A stretch of 64,000 bases of DNA, from positions 62,001 through 126,000 of the forward strand of contig JAXLNO010000659.1 in assembly GCA_038087875.1 (NCBI GenBank), written 5' to 3'. Under the pieces are notes generated by a model, which had not been told where the DNA came from, made no database searches, and saw only the letters and a program-made list of their open reading frames with translations. Numbering within the stretch: position 1 is the stretch's first letter; the number at the start of each line of letters is the position of its first letter. Positions 11,415 to 23,660 of the stretch are shown in pieces. This stretch comes from Malacoraja senta. Its lineage: Eukaryota. The translations under genes and the position numbers were made by a program.

Positions 11415-12102
11415 GTAATAAAGCTTTCTCATTTTAAATGTACTCCTTAACTGTCTGAATTCAAGAGTGGTTGTTTCCCTCATTGTTGAATGAATAAATC
11501 AAGTGCGCAGTGTACACATCTACAATGATTAGAAGGTGCCAGCTTTAATCTTGCAAGATAGGTGATCTAAGTTGAGGAATAATTGGAATTTGCAACCCTG
11601 CGCCAGGGAGATGTTTCAATGGTCTGTGCCCCCCAATCTTGAATGCAGTATGGTTGTAAATCTTTGTCATTGCTGAACTCAAGCTAAGGATGAAGAGGTT
11701 TAAAGAAGGTCGAAGGAAGGATTGTAGCGCAGGTAGTGGATGGAATCATTTACTGCCCAATTGAATGATGGAAGCAAGTACTCTCAACATTTAAGGAGTA
11801 TCTCGACGAGCATTTGAATTGCCAAGTCTTAGAAGGCTATGGATCAATTGTTAGTGAATGGGTTTAGTGCAGATAGGTAATTGATAGTTGGTGCGGACAT
11901 GATTAGCTAAAGAGCCTGTTTCTATGCTGTATATCTCCATTTCTCTGAGATATTGAGGAATGGTCAATAGACAAATTGAAGAGCACAAACATCTGTTTCT
12001 AGTCACAAATTCAAAAGGAAAGTTCTACGACAGAGTTATAAATGAAGGTGAACAATTAAATAGCAGACAGGAAGAGGCAGACAGGAAGAGCCGAGCATTT
12101 GA

Positions 12103-12388
12103 GTTTTAGCGATACAGTGTGGAAAGAGGCCCTTTGGCCCACCGGGTCCGTGCCGACCAGCATTCACCCATACACTAGTTCTAACCTACACACTAGGGGC
12201 AATTTGCAGAAGCCAATAAACCTATGAACCTACTTATCTTTGGAATGCGGGAGGAAACAGGAGCACACAGAGAAAATCCACACTGTCACAGGTAGAACAT
12301 ACACACTCCATAAAGACAGCACCCATAGTCAAGATCAAACCCAAGTCTCTGGCGCTGTAAGGCAGCAACTCTGCCGCTGTGCCGCCCT
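12103..12388 (-). mobile_element. HE1/V-SINE-type SINE, near full length
   Basis: tRNA-like head GGGCGGCACAGCGGCAGAGTTGCTGCC...GGTTTGATCTTG, V-domain and CR1-like tail. Confidence 0.8.
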
Positions 12389-12991
12389 TGAGTGTTCTTT
12401 GTCACATACAGCTGAGTGAATGATCCACATAGACACAAGCAACTGCAGATGCTAGAATCTTGCCTAGAACACAAAGTGCTGAGGTAACTCAGCAGGTCAA
12501 CCACCATCACTGGAGGACATGGATAGGCAACATTACAGGTGGGACCCCTTTTCATACTCATAGATAGGCAACATTTCAATTTGGGACCTGAAACCAGAGC
12601 ACCTGGAGAAAACCCATGCAGTCACAGGAAGAATGTACAAACTGCGCACAGACAACACCTGTAGTCAGACATGGGTATGCAGTGAATGGAGGGATATGGA
12701 TTATAAGCAGGCAGATAAGAATTTGTCATGGCATTACCACAGACAATGTGGGCAGTAAGGCCTGTTCTTATGCTGTATTGTTCTATGCTCTATTGTGGCA
12801 ACAAAACATAACCATATTAGTGGATTTATAAAATCTGCATTCAAGTTTATATGGCCTGTTTTCTCAGGAGCAGATAACCAAATAGCTGATTCAGGTTAAT
12901 GTTAATTTTAAAGTGTCTGCAAGTGTATGTCTTTGCAACAGTTTTTTAAAGCAGAGAGGTTGCAAAAAGGTATCTTGTACACGCCTTTCAG

Positions 12992-15091
12992 ATTTGTAAC
13001 GCAGTGGAAAGGAAGGACATTAGCTTGGAGGATGTGGAATCGGTATGGGTAGAGCTGCGAAACACTAAGGGGCAGAAAACGCTGGTGGGTGTTGTGTACA
13101 GGCCACCTAGCAGTAGTAGTGAAGTTGGGGATGGCATCAAACAGGAAATTAGAAATGCGTGCAACAAAGGCAAAACAGTTATAATGGGTGACTTCAATCT
13201 ACATATAGATTGGGTGAATCAAATTGGCAGGGGTGCTGAGGAAGAGGATTTCTTGGAATGTATGAGGGATAGTTATCTAAACCAACATGTAGAGGAACCA
13301 ACGAGAGAGCAGGCTATTCTAGACTGGGTATTGAGTAATGAGGAAGGGTTAGTTAGCAGACTTGTTGTGCGTGCCCCCTTGGGCAAGAGTGATCATAATA
13401 TGGTTGAGTTCTTCATTAGGATGGAGAGTGACATTGTTAATTCAGAAACAACGGTTCTGAACTTAAAGAAAGGTAACTTTGAGGGTATGAGACGTGAATT
13501 GGCCAAGATTGACTGGCAATTAGTTCTAAAAGGGTTGACGGTGGATATGCAATGGAAGGCATTTAAAGACTGCATGGATGAACTACAAAAATTGTTCATC
13601 CCAGTTTGGCAAAAGAATAAATCAAGGAAGGTAGTGCATCCGTGGATAACAAGGGAAATCAGGGATAGTATCAAAGCAAAAGATGATGCGTACAAATTAG
13701 CCAGAAAAAGCAGCATACCAGAGGACTGGGAGAAATTCAGAGACCAGCAGAGGAGGACAAAGGGCTTAATTAGGAAAGGGAAAATAGATTATGAAAGGAA
13801 ACTGGCAGGGAACATAAAAACTGACTGCAAAAGTTTTTATAGATATGTGAAGAGAAAGAGATTAGTTAAATCAAATGTAGGTCCCTTGCAGTCAGAAACA
13901 GGTGAATTGATCATGGGGAACAAGGATATGGCAGACCAATTGAATAACTACTTTGGTTCCGTCTTCACTAAGGAAGACATAAATAATCTGCCGGAAATAG
14001 CAGGGGGCCGCGGGTCAAAGGAGATGGAGGAACTGAGTGAAATCCAGGTTAGTCGGGAAGTGGTGTTGGGTAAATTGAATGGATTAAAGGCCGATAAATC
14101 ACCAGGGCCAGATAGGCTGCATCCCAGAGTACTTAAGGAAGTAGCTCCAGAAATAGTGGATGCATTAGTGATAATTTTTCAAAACTCTTTAGATTCTGGA
14201 GTAGTTCCTGAGGATTGGAGGGTAGCAAACGTAACCCCACTTTTTAAGAAGGGAGGGAGAGAGAAAACGGGGAATTACAGACCAGTTAGTCTAACATCGG
14301 TAGTGGGGAAACTGCTAGAGTCAGTTATTAAAGATGGGATAGCAGCACATTTGGAAAGTGGTGAAATCATTGGACAAAGTCAGCATGGATTTACGAAAGG
14401 TAAATCGTGTCTGACGAATCTTATAGAATTTTTCGAGGATGTAACTAGTAGAGTGGATAGGGGAGAACCAGTGGATGTGTTGTATCTGGACTTTCAGAAG
14501 GCTTTCGACAAGGTACCACATAAGAGATTAGGATACAAACTTAAATCACACGGTATTGGGGGTTCAGTATTGATGTGGATAGAGAACTGGCTGGCAAACA
14601 GGAAGCAAAGAGTAGGAGTAAACGGGTCCTTTTCACAATGGCAGGCAGTGACTAGTGGGGTACCGCAAGGCTCAGTGCTGGGACCCCAGCTATTTACAAT
14701 TTATATTAATGATCTGGACGAGGGAATTGAAAGCAACATCTCCAAGTTTGCGGATGACACTAAGCTGGGGGGCAGTGTTAGCTGTGAGGAGGATGCTAGG
14801 AGACTGCAAGGTGACTTGGATAGGCTGGGTGAGTGGGCAAATGTTTGGCAGATGCAGTATAATGTGGATAAATGTGAGGTTATCCACTTTGGTAGCAAAA
14901 ACGGGAAGGCAGACTATTATCTAAATGGTGGCCGATTAGGAAATGGGGAGATGCAGCGAGACCTGGGTGTCATGGTACACCAGTCATTGAAAGTAGGCAT
15001 GCAGGTGCAGCAGGCAGTGAAGAAAGCGAATGGTATGTTGGCCTTCATAGCAAGAGGATTTGAGTATAGGAGCAGGGAGGTTCTACTGCAG
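12992..15091 (+). mobile_element. Young CR1 LINE, 5' segment (partial APE endonuclease plus RT, open frame)
   Basis: ORF 13004-15157 with GDFN, SDH, YRPVSLTS, GVPQGSVLGP and FADD motifs; interrupted at 15091 by the Penelope insertion. Confidence 0.95.
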
Positions 15092-15152
15092 GTACACAAA
15101 AATGCTGGAGAAACTCAGCGGGTGCAGCAGCATCTATGGAGCGAAGGAAATA

Positions 15153-15187
15153 GGTAACGTTTCGGGCCGAAACCCTTCTTCAGACTG
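15153..15187 (-). ncRNA. Minimal type I hammerhead ribozyme motif in the Penelope pLTR
   Basis: GU-CUGAAGA-A-GGGU(UUCG)GCCC-GAAA-CGUU-AC with a palindromic AACGUU stem III. Confidence 0.7.
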
Positions 15188-15299
15188 ATAGGGGATGGGG
15201 AGAAGAAAGGAAAAAAGGAAAAGGAGGAGGAGGAGCCCGAGGGCTGGGGGAGGGGAGGAGACAACCAGATGGCTGATGAAGGGGAGGGGACAGCCAGGG

Positions 15300-18200
15300 C
15301 TAGCAGAATTGGGAGAATTCAACGTTCAGGCCACCAGGATGTAGACTGCCCAAGCGGAATATGAGGTGCATTTCCTCCAATTTACGGTGTTGCTCGCTGT
15401 GGCCATGGAGGAGACCCAGGACAGAGAGGTCAGATACGGAATGGGAGGGGGAGTTGAAGTGCTGAGCCACCGGGAGTTCAGGTTGGTTATTGCGGACCGA
15501 CCGGAGGTGTTCGGCGAAACGATCGCCAAGCCTCCGCTTGGTCTCACCGATGTAGATCAGCTGGCATCTAGAGCAGCGAATGCAATAGATGAGGTTGGAG
15601 GAGATGCAGGTGAACCTCTGTCGCACCTGGAACGACTGCTTGGGTCCTGGAATGGAGTGGAGGGGGGAAGTGAAGGGACAAGTGTTGCACCTCTTGCGGT
15701 TGCAAGGGAAAGTACCAGGGGAGGGGGTGGTATGGGAGGGAAGGGAAGAATTGACAAGGGAGTTACGGAGGGAGCGGTCTTTGCGGAAGGCAGACATAGG
15801 GGGAGATGGGAAGATGTGGCGAGTGGTGGGGTCACGTTGGAGGCGGCGAAACTGACGGAGGATCACTTGTTGTATGTGACGGCTGGTGGGGTGAAAGGTG
15901 AGGACTAGGGGGACTCTGCCTTTGTTGTGAGTGGGGGGATGGGGAGAGAGAGCAGTGTTGCGGGGTATGGCAGAGACCCTGGTGCGAGCCTCATCTATGG
16001 TGGAGGAGGGGAACCCCCGTTCCCTGAAGAATGAGGACATTTCAGATGCCCTGGTGTGGAACGCCTCATCCTGGGAGCAGATGCGGCGTAGACGGAGGAA
16101 TTGGGAGTGGGGGATGGAGTCCTTACAGGAAGCAGGGTGGGAAGAAGTGTAGTCCAGATAGCCATGGGAGTCGGTAGGTTTGTAGTGGATGTCGGTAAGG
16201 AGTCTATCACCTGCGATGGAGATAGTGAGGTCAAGGAATGGTAGGGAAGTGTCGGAAATGGTCCAGGTGTATTTGAGTGCCGGATGGAAGTTGGTGGTGA
16301 AGCGGATGAAGTCAGTCAGTTGTGTGTGGGTGCAGGATGTGGCACCAAAACAATCATCGATGTAGCGGAGGTAGAGGTCGGGGATGGGGCCCTGGTACGC
16401 ATTGAACAGGGATTGTTCTACGTACCCGACAAAGAGGCAGGCGCAGCTGGGGCCCATGCGTGTGCCCATAGCTACGCCTTGTATTTGGAGGAAATGGGAG
16501 GAGTCAAATGAAAAGTTATTAAGTGTAAGTACCAGCTCCGCTAGGCGGAGGAGGGTGTCAGTGGCCGGGTATAGATTGCTTCTACGGTCGAGGAAAAAAC
16601 GGAGGGCTTTGAGACCATCCTGGTGGGGGATGGAGGTGTACAGTGACTGGACGTCCATGGTGAAGATGAGGGGGTGAGGGCCTAGAGAGTGGAATGCGCG
16701 GAGATGACGGAGAGTGTCTGAGGTGTCTTGAACATAGGTGGGGAGGGATTTAACCAAGGGGGATAGTATGGTAGGTGGAGATGAGTTCGGTGGGGCAAGA
16801 ACAGGCAGAGACAATGGGTCTACCGGGACAGTCAGGTTTGTGGATTTTGGGGAGAAGGTAAAAGCGGGCTGTGCGGGGCTGGGGAACGATGAGGTTGGAG
16901 GCTCGTTCGGGCAGGGCGTGGGAGTGGATGAAGTTGGTGATGGTGCTGGAGATGGTGGCCTGGTGCTCGTCAGTGGGGTCATGGTCAAGGGGTAAGTAGG
17001 AAGAGGTGTCCGAGAGTTGGCGCGTGGCCTCAGCTTTGTAGAGGTCGACGCGCCAGACTACCACGGCACCTCCCTTGTCGGCGGGTTTGATAACCCAATC
17101 TAGGTTGTTGCGGAGTGAGTCGATGGCAGTGCGTTCAAGGGGGGAGAGATTGGAGTGAGACAGGGGAGTGGAGAAGTTGAGGCGGTGGATGTCACGGCGG
17201 CAGTTTTTAATAAAGAGTTCTAAAGCCGGAAGGCTGCGAGGGGGGTTCCATGAGGATGGGGTGCGTTGGAGACGGGAAAAGGGGTCATCAGTGGGGAGCG
17301 AGGACTGCTTCCCATGGAAGTGAGCTGTGAGGCGGAGGCGACGCTAGAAGCGTTCCAAGTCATGGAGGGCACGGAACTCATTGAGATGGGGACGGAGGGG
17401 GACAAAGGTAAGACCTCTGCTGAGGACAGACCGTTCGATGTCGGAGAGGGGGAGGTCGGGGGGGATGGTGAACACCCGGCAGGGATGGGGGTTGGGGCCG
17501 GAGGAAGGCAGGTGGGTGTAATGGGGACGAGGCGATGTGTGGTGGGGGGGTGGTGGGTGGTCAGGGGGTGGGGGGGTGAGAGGGCAGTGGTGTGGGTGTG
17601 GAAGAGAAGTGGTCCCATAGTTGGAGAGGGATGGGGAAGAATCAGTGGAACTGCCACTGAGATAACCAGGGCTAGGCAGACTAGCGCTAGGACCCAGTGG
17701 AGTCAAACCCAGGAGAGTGGGAGTGAGCAGCGTGGAGGCTTCAGGCCCAGTACAGAGTCCAGTTTGCAGGTAAGGCGACGGCTGCGGGCTGCTGGAGGGA
17801 GGTGCGGTGGCGAGGGTCAGCGGACCCGACGGTCGGGGTCCGTGGGCAGTGTAGTCGGGGTCGGTGGGGCTGGAGGGCGTTGCAGTGGCGAGGGTCGGCG
17901 GACCCGATGGTCGGGGTAGGTGGGCAGTAGAGTCGGGGTCCACGGGCGATGCGTGGGAGGTCCCGGTAGGCGGATGGTCGGTGGGGCGGCGCGGTTCGAC
18001 CAGTCCGGTGAGGCGACGGGGTGAATAGAGTGCGGTGCGGCGGCCAAGTTCGTGGATCCCCGGTCCGGCGGCCGTGTAGAGTGGGCCCGGTCCGGCGGCG
18101 ATGCTGGATGGGCCCGGTCCGGTGGCGATGCTGGGAGGTCCCGGGGGGCGGCGAGGTTCGGAGGAATCGGCGAGGGGAAGGAAGTCCGAGTTACCGTAGA

Positions 18201-18900
18201 AGCGGCGAGCCTGGGCGTCATCGGTAGGCAGGTGAAGATCGGCGGCAGCATCGACGTGGAGGTCGGTGAAGGCGACCTCCTGGTGAGTACTGGAGATGCT
18301 CCCCGTGGACAAGATGGCGTCCTGGTGAGTACTGGAGTCGCTCCCCGTGGACAAGATGGCGTCGCGGGACCGGGGCAGGCGATGCGGGCCGGAGTTGGGG
18401 CCCGGAGCCAGCGGGCGGTCGAGTCGCGGAGAGTCGGCGGCGGGAGCGGCCTGGAGGCGGGCTAATTTAAGGTCCTTGGTGGAGTTGAGGTGGGCCAGGA
18501 ATCTTTTATTGAAGAGGTGGATCTTCCGGCGGATAAAGTACAGTTGTGGTCTGTTGCAGGTCTGGGTGAGTGAGGCCCGAAGTTCCGGGAGAGTCAATGC
18601 GAGGTCCTGCTGATGCCGGCGCATCGCAGTCAGTGTGGATCTCAGTGCCCGGGTGGAGAATTGTTGGGTATGCCGGTAGATAGCCAGTCGGTACCGATAG
18701 TCCGGCTGAGGTCCGAACTGGGAAGTAGGGAACTGGAGCTGGAAGCCATGAGGTATGAGATGGAGGCGCAGGCATGCCCCGAGGAAGCAGATGTGGCTGT
18801 GGTATCGAGTTTGGGTAAGGATGTGGTCGTAGAGTTGGAGGGCAGGGGGATCACAGAGATGGGGCAGTTAGCGAGTTGGGTGTGGAACAGTCTCCGGAGA
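15300..18900 (-). pseudogene. Full-length Penelope ORF (Pro-rich N-terminus, RT, GIY-YIG), disabled
   Basis: In-frame TAG at 17344-17346, an 8-nt deletion near 16770 relative to the sister copy, and further N-terminal frameshifts. Confidence 0.8.
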
Positions 18901-19060
18901 GAGAGGAGAACTTCTTCAAAGTAGGCATACCTTGACGAGATTTCGCAGTGGAGTAGACAAAGTGTTAAAGAAGGAACTGCAGATGCTGGAAAATCGAAGG
19001 TACACAAAAATGCTGGAGAAACTCAGCGGGTGCAGCAGCATCTATGGAGCGAAGGAAATA

Positions 19061-19095
19061 GGTAACGTTTCGGGCCGAAACCCTTCTTCAGACTG
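19061..19095 (-). ncRNA. Minimal type I hammerhead ribozyme motif in the second Penelope pLTR
   Basis: Identical to the motif at 15153-15187. Confidence 0.7.
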
Positions 19096-19207
19096 ATAGG
19101 GGATGGGGAGAAGAAAGGAAAAAAGGAAAAGGAGGAGGAGGAGCCCGAGGGCTGGGGGAGGGGAGGAGACAACCAGATGGCTGATGAAGGGGAGGGGACA
19201 GCCAGGG

Positions 19208-20869
19208 CTAGCAGAATTGGGAGAATTCAACGTTCAGGCCACCAGGATGTAGACTGCCCAAGCGGAATATGAGGTGCATTTCCTCCAATTTACGGTGTTG
19301 CTCGCTGTGGCCATGGAGGAGACCCAGGACAGAGAGGTCAGATACGGAATGGGAGGGGGAGTTGAAGTGCTGAGCCACCGGGAGTTCAGGTTGGTTATTG
19401 CGGACCGACCGGAGGTGTTCGGCGAAACGATCGCCAAGCCTCCGCTTGGTCTCACCGATGTAGATCAGCTGGCATCTAGAGCAGCGAATGCAATAGATGA
19501 GGTTGGAGGAGATGCAGGTGAACCTCTGTCGCACCTGGAACGACTGCTTGGGTCCTGGAATGGAGTGGAGGGGGGAAGTGAAGGGACAAGTGTTGCATCT
19601 CTTGCGGTTGCAAGGGAAAGTACCAGGGGAGGGGGTGGTATGGGAGGGAAGGGAAGAATTGACAAGGGAGTTACGGAGGGAGCGGTCTTTGCGGAAGGCA
19701 GACATAGGGGGAGATGGGAAGATGTGGCGAGTGGTGGGGTCACGTTGGAGGTGGCGAAACTGACGGAGGATCACTTGTTGTATGTGACGGCTGGTGGGGT
19801 GAAAGGTGAGGACTAGGGGGACTCTGCCTTTGTTGTGAGTGGGAGGATGGGGAGAGAGAGCAGTGTTGCGGGGTATGGCAGAGACCCTGGTGCGAGCCTC
19901 ATCTATGGTGGAGGTGGGGAACCCCCGTTCCCTGAAGAATGAGGACATTTCAGATGCCCTGGTGTGGAACGCCTCATCCTGGGAGCAGATGCGGCGTAGA
20001 CGGAGGAATTGGGAGTGGGGGATGGAGTCCTTACAGGAAGCAGGGTGGGAAGAAGTGTAGTCCAGATAGCCATGGGAGTCGGTAGGTTTGTAGTGGATGT
20101 CGGTAAGGAGTCTATCACCTGCGATGGAGATAGTGAGGTCAAGGAATGGTAGGGAAGTGTCAGAAATGGTCCAGGTGTATTTGAGTGCCGGATGGAAGTT
20201 GGTGGTGAAGCGGATGAAGTCAGTCAGTTGTGTGTGGGTGCAGGATGTGGCACCAAAACAATCATCGATGTAGCGGAGGTAGAGGTCGGGGATGGGGCCC
20301 TGGTACGCATTGAACAGGGATTGTTCTACGTACCCGACAAAGAGGCAGGCGTAGCTGTGGCCCATGCGTGTGCCCATAGCTACGCCTTGTATTTGGAGGA
20401 AATGGGAGGAGTCAAATGAAAAGTTATTAAGTGTAAGTACCAGTTCCGCTAGGCGGAGGAGGGTGTCAGTGGCCGGGTATAGATTGCTTCTACGGTCGAG
20501 GAAAAAACGGAGGGCTTTGAGACCATCCTGGTGGGGGATGGAGGTGTACAGTGACTGGACGTCCATGGTGAAGATGAGGGGGTGAGGGCCTAGAGAGTGG
20601 AATGCGCGGAGATGACGGAGAGTGTCTGAGGTGTCTTGAACATAGGTGGGGAGGGATTTAACCAAGGGGGATAGTATGGAGTCGAGGTAGGTGGAGATGA
20701 GTTCGGTGGGGCAAGAACAGGCAGAGACAATGGGTCTACCGGGACAGTCAGGTTTGTGGATTTTGGGGAGAATGTAAAAGCGGGCTGTGCGGGGCTGGGG
20801 AACGATGAGGTTGGAAGCTCGTTCGGGCAGGGCGTGGGAGTGGATGAAGTTGGTGATGGTGCTGGAGAT
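19208..20869 (-). CDS. Penelope RT + GIY-YIG endonuclease, uninterrupted but 5'-truncated
   Basis: Penelope portion of ORF 19208-21100, from TISSTITNF to VEFSQFC*, with no internal stop. Confidence 0.8.
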   Translation of the reverse strand: MSSTITNFIHSHALPERASNLIVPQPRTARFYILPKIHKPDCPGRPIVSACSCPTELISTYLDSILSPLVKSLPTYVQDTSDTLRHLRAFHSLGPHPLIFTMDVQSLYTSIPHQDGLKALRFFLDRRSNLYPATDTLLRLAELVLTLNNFSFDSSHFLQIQGVAMGTRMGHSYACLFVGYVEQSLFNAYQGPIPDLYLRYIDDCFGATSCTHTQLTDFIRFTTNFHPALKYTWTISDTSLPFLDLTISIAGDRLLTDIHYKPTDSHGYLDYTSSHPASCKDSIPHSQFLRLRRICSQDEAFHTRASEMSSFFRERGFPTSTIDEARTRVSAIPRNTALSPHPPTHNKGRVPLVLTFHPTSRHIQQVILRQFRHLQRDPTTRHIFPSPPMSAFRKDRSLRNSLVNSSLPSHTTPSPGTFPCNRKRCNTCPFTSPLHSIPGPKQSFQVRQRFTCISSNLIYCIRCSRCQLIYIGETKRRLGDRFAEHLRSVRNNQPELPVAQHFNSPSHSVSDLSVLGLLHGHSEQHRKLEEMHLIFRLGSLHPGGLNVEFSQFC

Positions 20870-21454
20870 GGTTCTACTGCAGTTGTACAGGGTCTTGGTG
20901 AGACCACACCTGGAGTATTGCGTACAGTTTTGGTCTCCAAATCTGAGGAAGGACATTATAGCCATAGAGGGAGTGCAGAGAAGGTTCACCAGACTGATTC
21001 CTGGGATGTCAGGACTTTCATATGAAGAAAGACTGGATAGACTTGGCTTATACTCGCTAGAATTTAGGAGATTGAGAGGGGATCTTATAGAAACGTACAA
21101 AATTCTTATGGGGTTGGACAGGCTAGATGCAGGAAGATTGTTCCCGATGTTGGGGAAGTCAAGGATAAGGGGAAATCCTTTAAGACCGAGATGAGGAAAA
21201 ACTTTTTCACACAGAGAGTGGTGAATCTCTGGAACTCTCTGCCACAGAGGGTAGTTGAGGCCAGTTCATTGGCTATATTTAAGAGGGAATTAGATGTGGC
21301 CCTTGTGGCTAAAGGGATCAGGGGGTATGGAGAGAAGGCAGGTACGGGATACTGAGTTGGATGATCAGTAATGATCGTATTGAATGGCGGTGCAGGCTCG
21401 AAGGGCCGAATGGCCTACTCCTGCACCTATTTTCTATGTATCTATGTATCTATG
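20870..21454 (+). mobile_element. Young CR1 LINE, 3' segment (continuation of 12992-15091)
   Basis: Resumes VLLQLYRVLVRPHLEYC at the TSD; 3' UTR and (TCTATGTA)n tail. Confidence 0.95.
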
Positions 21455-21545
21455 CGTTCTGAGCGCATAAAATAGTATCGATGAAATTGGAGAAAAAGAG
21501 GTTGCGACAAACCTGTAAAATTACTTAGCAACTGGCATTCGTGTC

Positions 21546-21846
21546 TTTAGTTTAGTTCGGAGATACAGTACAGAAACAGGCCCTTCAGCCCACCAAGTCT
21601 ATGCCGACCCGCGATCCCCATACACTAGCACTATCCTCGGAACAATTTATAATTTTTACCGAACCCAATTAACCTACATACCTGTACATCTTTGGAGTGT
21701 TGGAGGAAACCAGAGCACCCGGGGACAACTCACACGGTCACAGGGTGAAGGTACAAATTCCGTACTGACAGCACCTGTAGTCAGGGTCGAATCCGGGTCT
21801 CTGGCTCTGTAAGGCAACAACTCTACCGCTACACCACCTTGTCACC
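21546..21846 (-). mobile_element. HE1/V-SINE-type SINE
   Basis: B-box-like GGATTCGACCC, V-domain and TAAAC tail on the minus strand. Confidence 0.75.
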
Positions 21847-22268
21847 CTTTCATGCATAAAGTGGGAAAGTTTTGAAAAAGATTACATCGGACTTTAACTT
21901 TTGGAACATATTTGGGTAGCTAGTAGAAAATGGAGATGTATTTTCCACAGAGTTATCTCTGTTTAGTTTATTACTTGCAGACCAATGTAAAACAAATTAT
22001 CAGCAAATTCTAACCTTGCAGTACAGAGGTCATATATTATTCTACTGTCTCAGCAAAAATAGTTTCATTAGATTATCAATCTGCTTTATCTGCAATGTGC
22101 AGAAAATTAAAAAATATGTAACCGGGTTTAAAAAAAAATTAGCTATCAAAAACAATATGCCCTTGCTGGCAAGCATTTTATCTACAGTGCCCTGTTAGTT
22201 TTGAAACTGTTTAGTGGTATTTGACAGTCTCTTCTGAATAAGAATAATTTGAAAAGGATTGTGAAACG

Positions 22269-22468
22269 NNNNNNNNNNNNNNNNNNNNNNNNNNNNNNNN
22301 NNNNNNNNNNNNNNNNNNNNNNNNNNNNNNNNNNNNNNNNNNNNNNNNNNNNNNNNNNNNNNNNNNNNNNNNNNNNNNNNNNNNNNNNNNNNNNNNNNNN
22401 NNNNNNNNNNNNNNNNNNNNNNNNNNNNNNNNNNNNNNNNNNNNNNNNNNNNNNNNNNNNNNNNNNNN
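22269..22468. other. Assembly gap (200 N)
   Basis: Run of N inside the GLDC intron between exons 3 and 4. Confidence 1.
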
Positions 22469-22656
22469 CATCTCCGTCGAGGTAAGAGATTAGAAAAGTT
22501 TCCCCCAACTCCCCCCCCCCCCTCCACATAAAAACAAGCTAAATAACACTTAAAACATACATTTAACATACTGTTTAAACACAACGAAGGAAGGGACAGA
22601 CAGACTCTTGGCGAGGCAGCCATTGTTGATTCTCGTAATCTTAATACTTAATACAA

Positions 22657-22960
22657 GGGCACCACAGTAGACTTTCTGCCTTATAGCAATAGAGAACAGG
22701 ATTTGATTCTGACTACGGGTGCTGTCTGTACGGAGTTTGTATGTTCTCCCTGTGACCGTGTGGGTTTTCTCCGGGTGCTCCAAATTCCTCCCAGATTCCA
22801 AAGACATGCAGGTTTATAGTTTAATTGGCTTCTGTAAATTGTCCCTAGTGTGTAGGATGGAAACTGGGATGCAATAAAACTAGTGTATGAGTGATCGTTG
22901 GTTGGTACGGACTCAGTGCGTCGAAGGGTGTGTTTCCATGCTGCATCTCTAAACCCTAAA
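22657..22960 (+). mobile_element. HE1/V-SINE-type SINE
   Basis: V-domain GTGGGTTTTCTCCGGGTGCTCC and CR1-like tail. Confidence 0.7.
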
Positions 22961-23396
22961 ACTGTAAACTTGTTTCACGTCACCCGCTCGCCTTCCTTCA
23001 CTCCAGATAAAACAAGCCCTACCGATCCAATCCCTTCCCATAATGTCCTTGAATCAAGAAAATATGCTCAAGTATCTCCTTTCCACTCTCTCCAACACAG
23101 CCATGACATTTCCATGGCGTGATGACCACAATATTCCAAATGCGGTCGAACCAGTGTTTTGTAAATTTGCAGGCACAATCTCCATTTCTTTTATTTCTTG
23201 TATTCTGTGCCTTGATTGAGGAAGGCAAGCCTGCTATTTGCCATCATTACCATCGAATCATGCAGCTATCTTGTGGCTGTAGGGACCTGGATTCAATCCT
23301 GATCTCCAGTGCTACCTGTGTTGAGTTTGCAGAGACAGCATAGAACAGGTCTTTTGGCCCGCAATGTCCATGCCAAACATGATGCCAAGTTATACT

Positions 23397-23660
23397 GTGT
23401 AGGAAAGAACTGCAGATGCTGGTTTAAATCGAAGGTAGACACAAAATGCTGGAGTAACTCAGTCACCAAATGGGTAACGTTTCGGGTCGAGACTTCAAAT
23501 AGCCCTTGCTTTCCCTCTCTCTCCATCCCCTCCCCCTTCCCAGTTCTCCCACCAGTCTTATTGTCTCCGACTACATTCTATCTCTGTCCCGCCTACTTCC
23601 CTGACATCAGTCTGAAGAAGGGTCTCGACCTGAAACGTTACCCATTCCCTCTCTCCCTAG
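23397..23660. mobile_element. Penelope pLTR pair in inverted orientation
   Basis: GGTAACGTTTCGGGTCGAGAC (about 23473) and its reverse complement CTGAAGAAGGGTCTCGACCTGAAACGTTACC (about 23612). Confidence 0.7.

Larger units (their letters stand above)
15092..20869 (-). mobile_element. Young Penelope-like element, head-to-tail partial tandem (one 3908-bp unit plus a 5'-truncated copy)
   Basis: Near-identical repeats at period 3908 (ORF stops at 15300 and 19208); RT motifs (DVQSLYTSIPH, QGVAMGT, RYIDD) and GIY-YIG (LIYCIRC...IYIGET); 13-bp TSD GGTTCTACTGCAG at 15079-15091 and 20870-20882. Confidence 0.95.

Noticed and set aside
13004..15157. 717-aa ORF as a complete CR1 ORF2
   Set aside because: It is 5'-truncated in the endonuclease, and its last residues come from the Penelope pLTR
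19208..21100. 630-aa ORF as a novel fusion protein
   Set aside because: The first ~77 aa are antisense CR1 read through the insertion junction; only the Penelope part is real coding sequence
22182..22623. ORFs spanning X runs
   Set aside because: Created by the 200-N assembly gap
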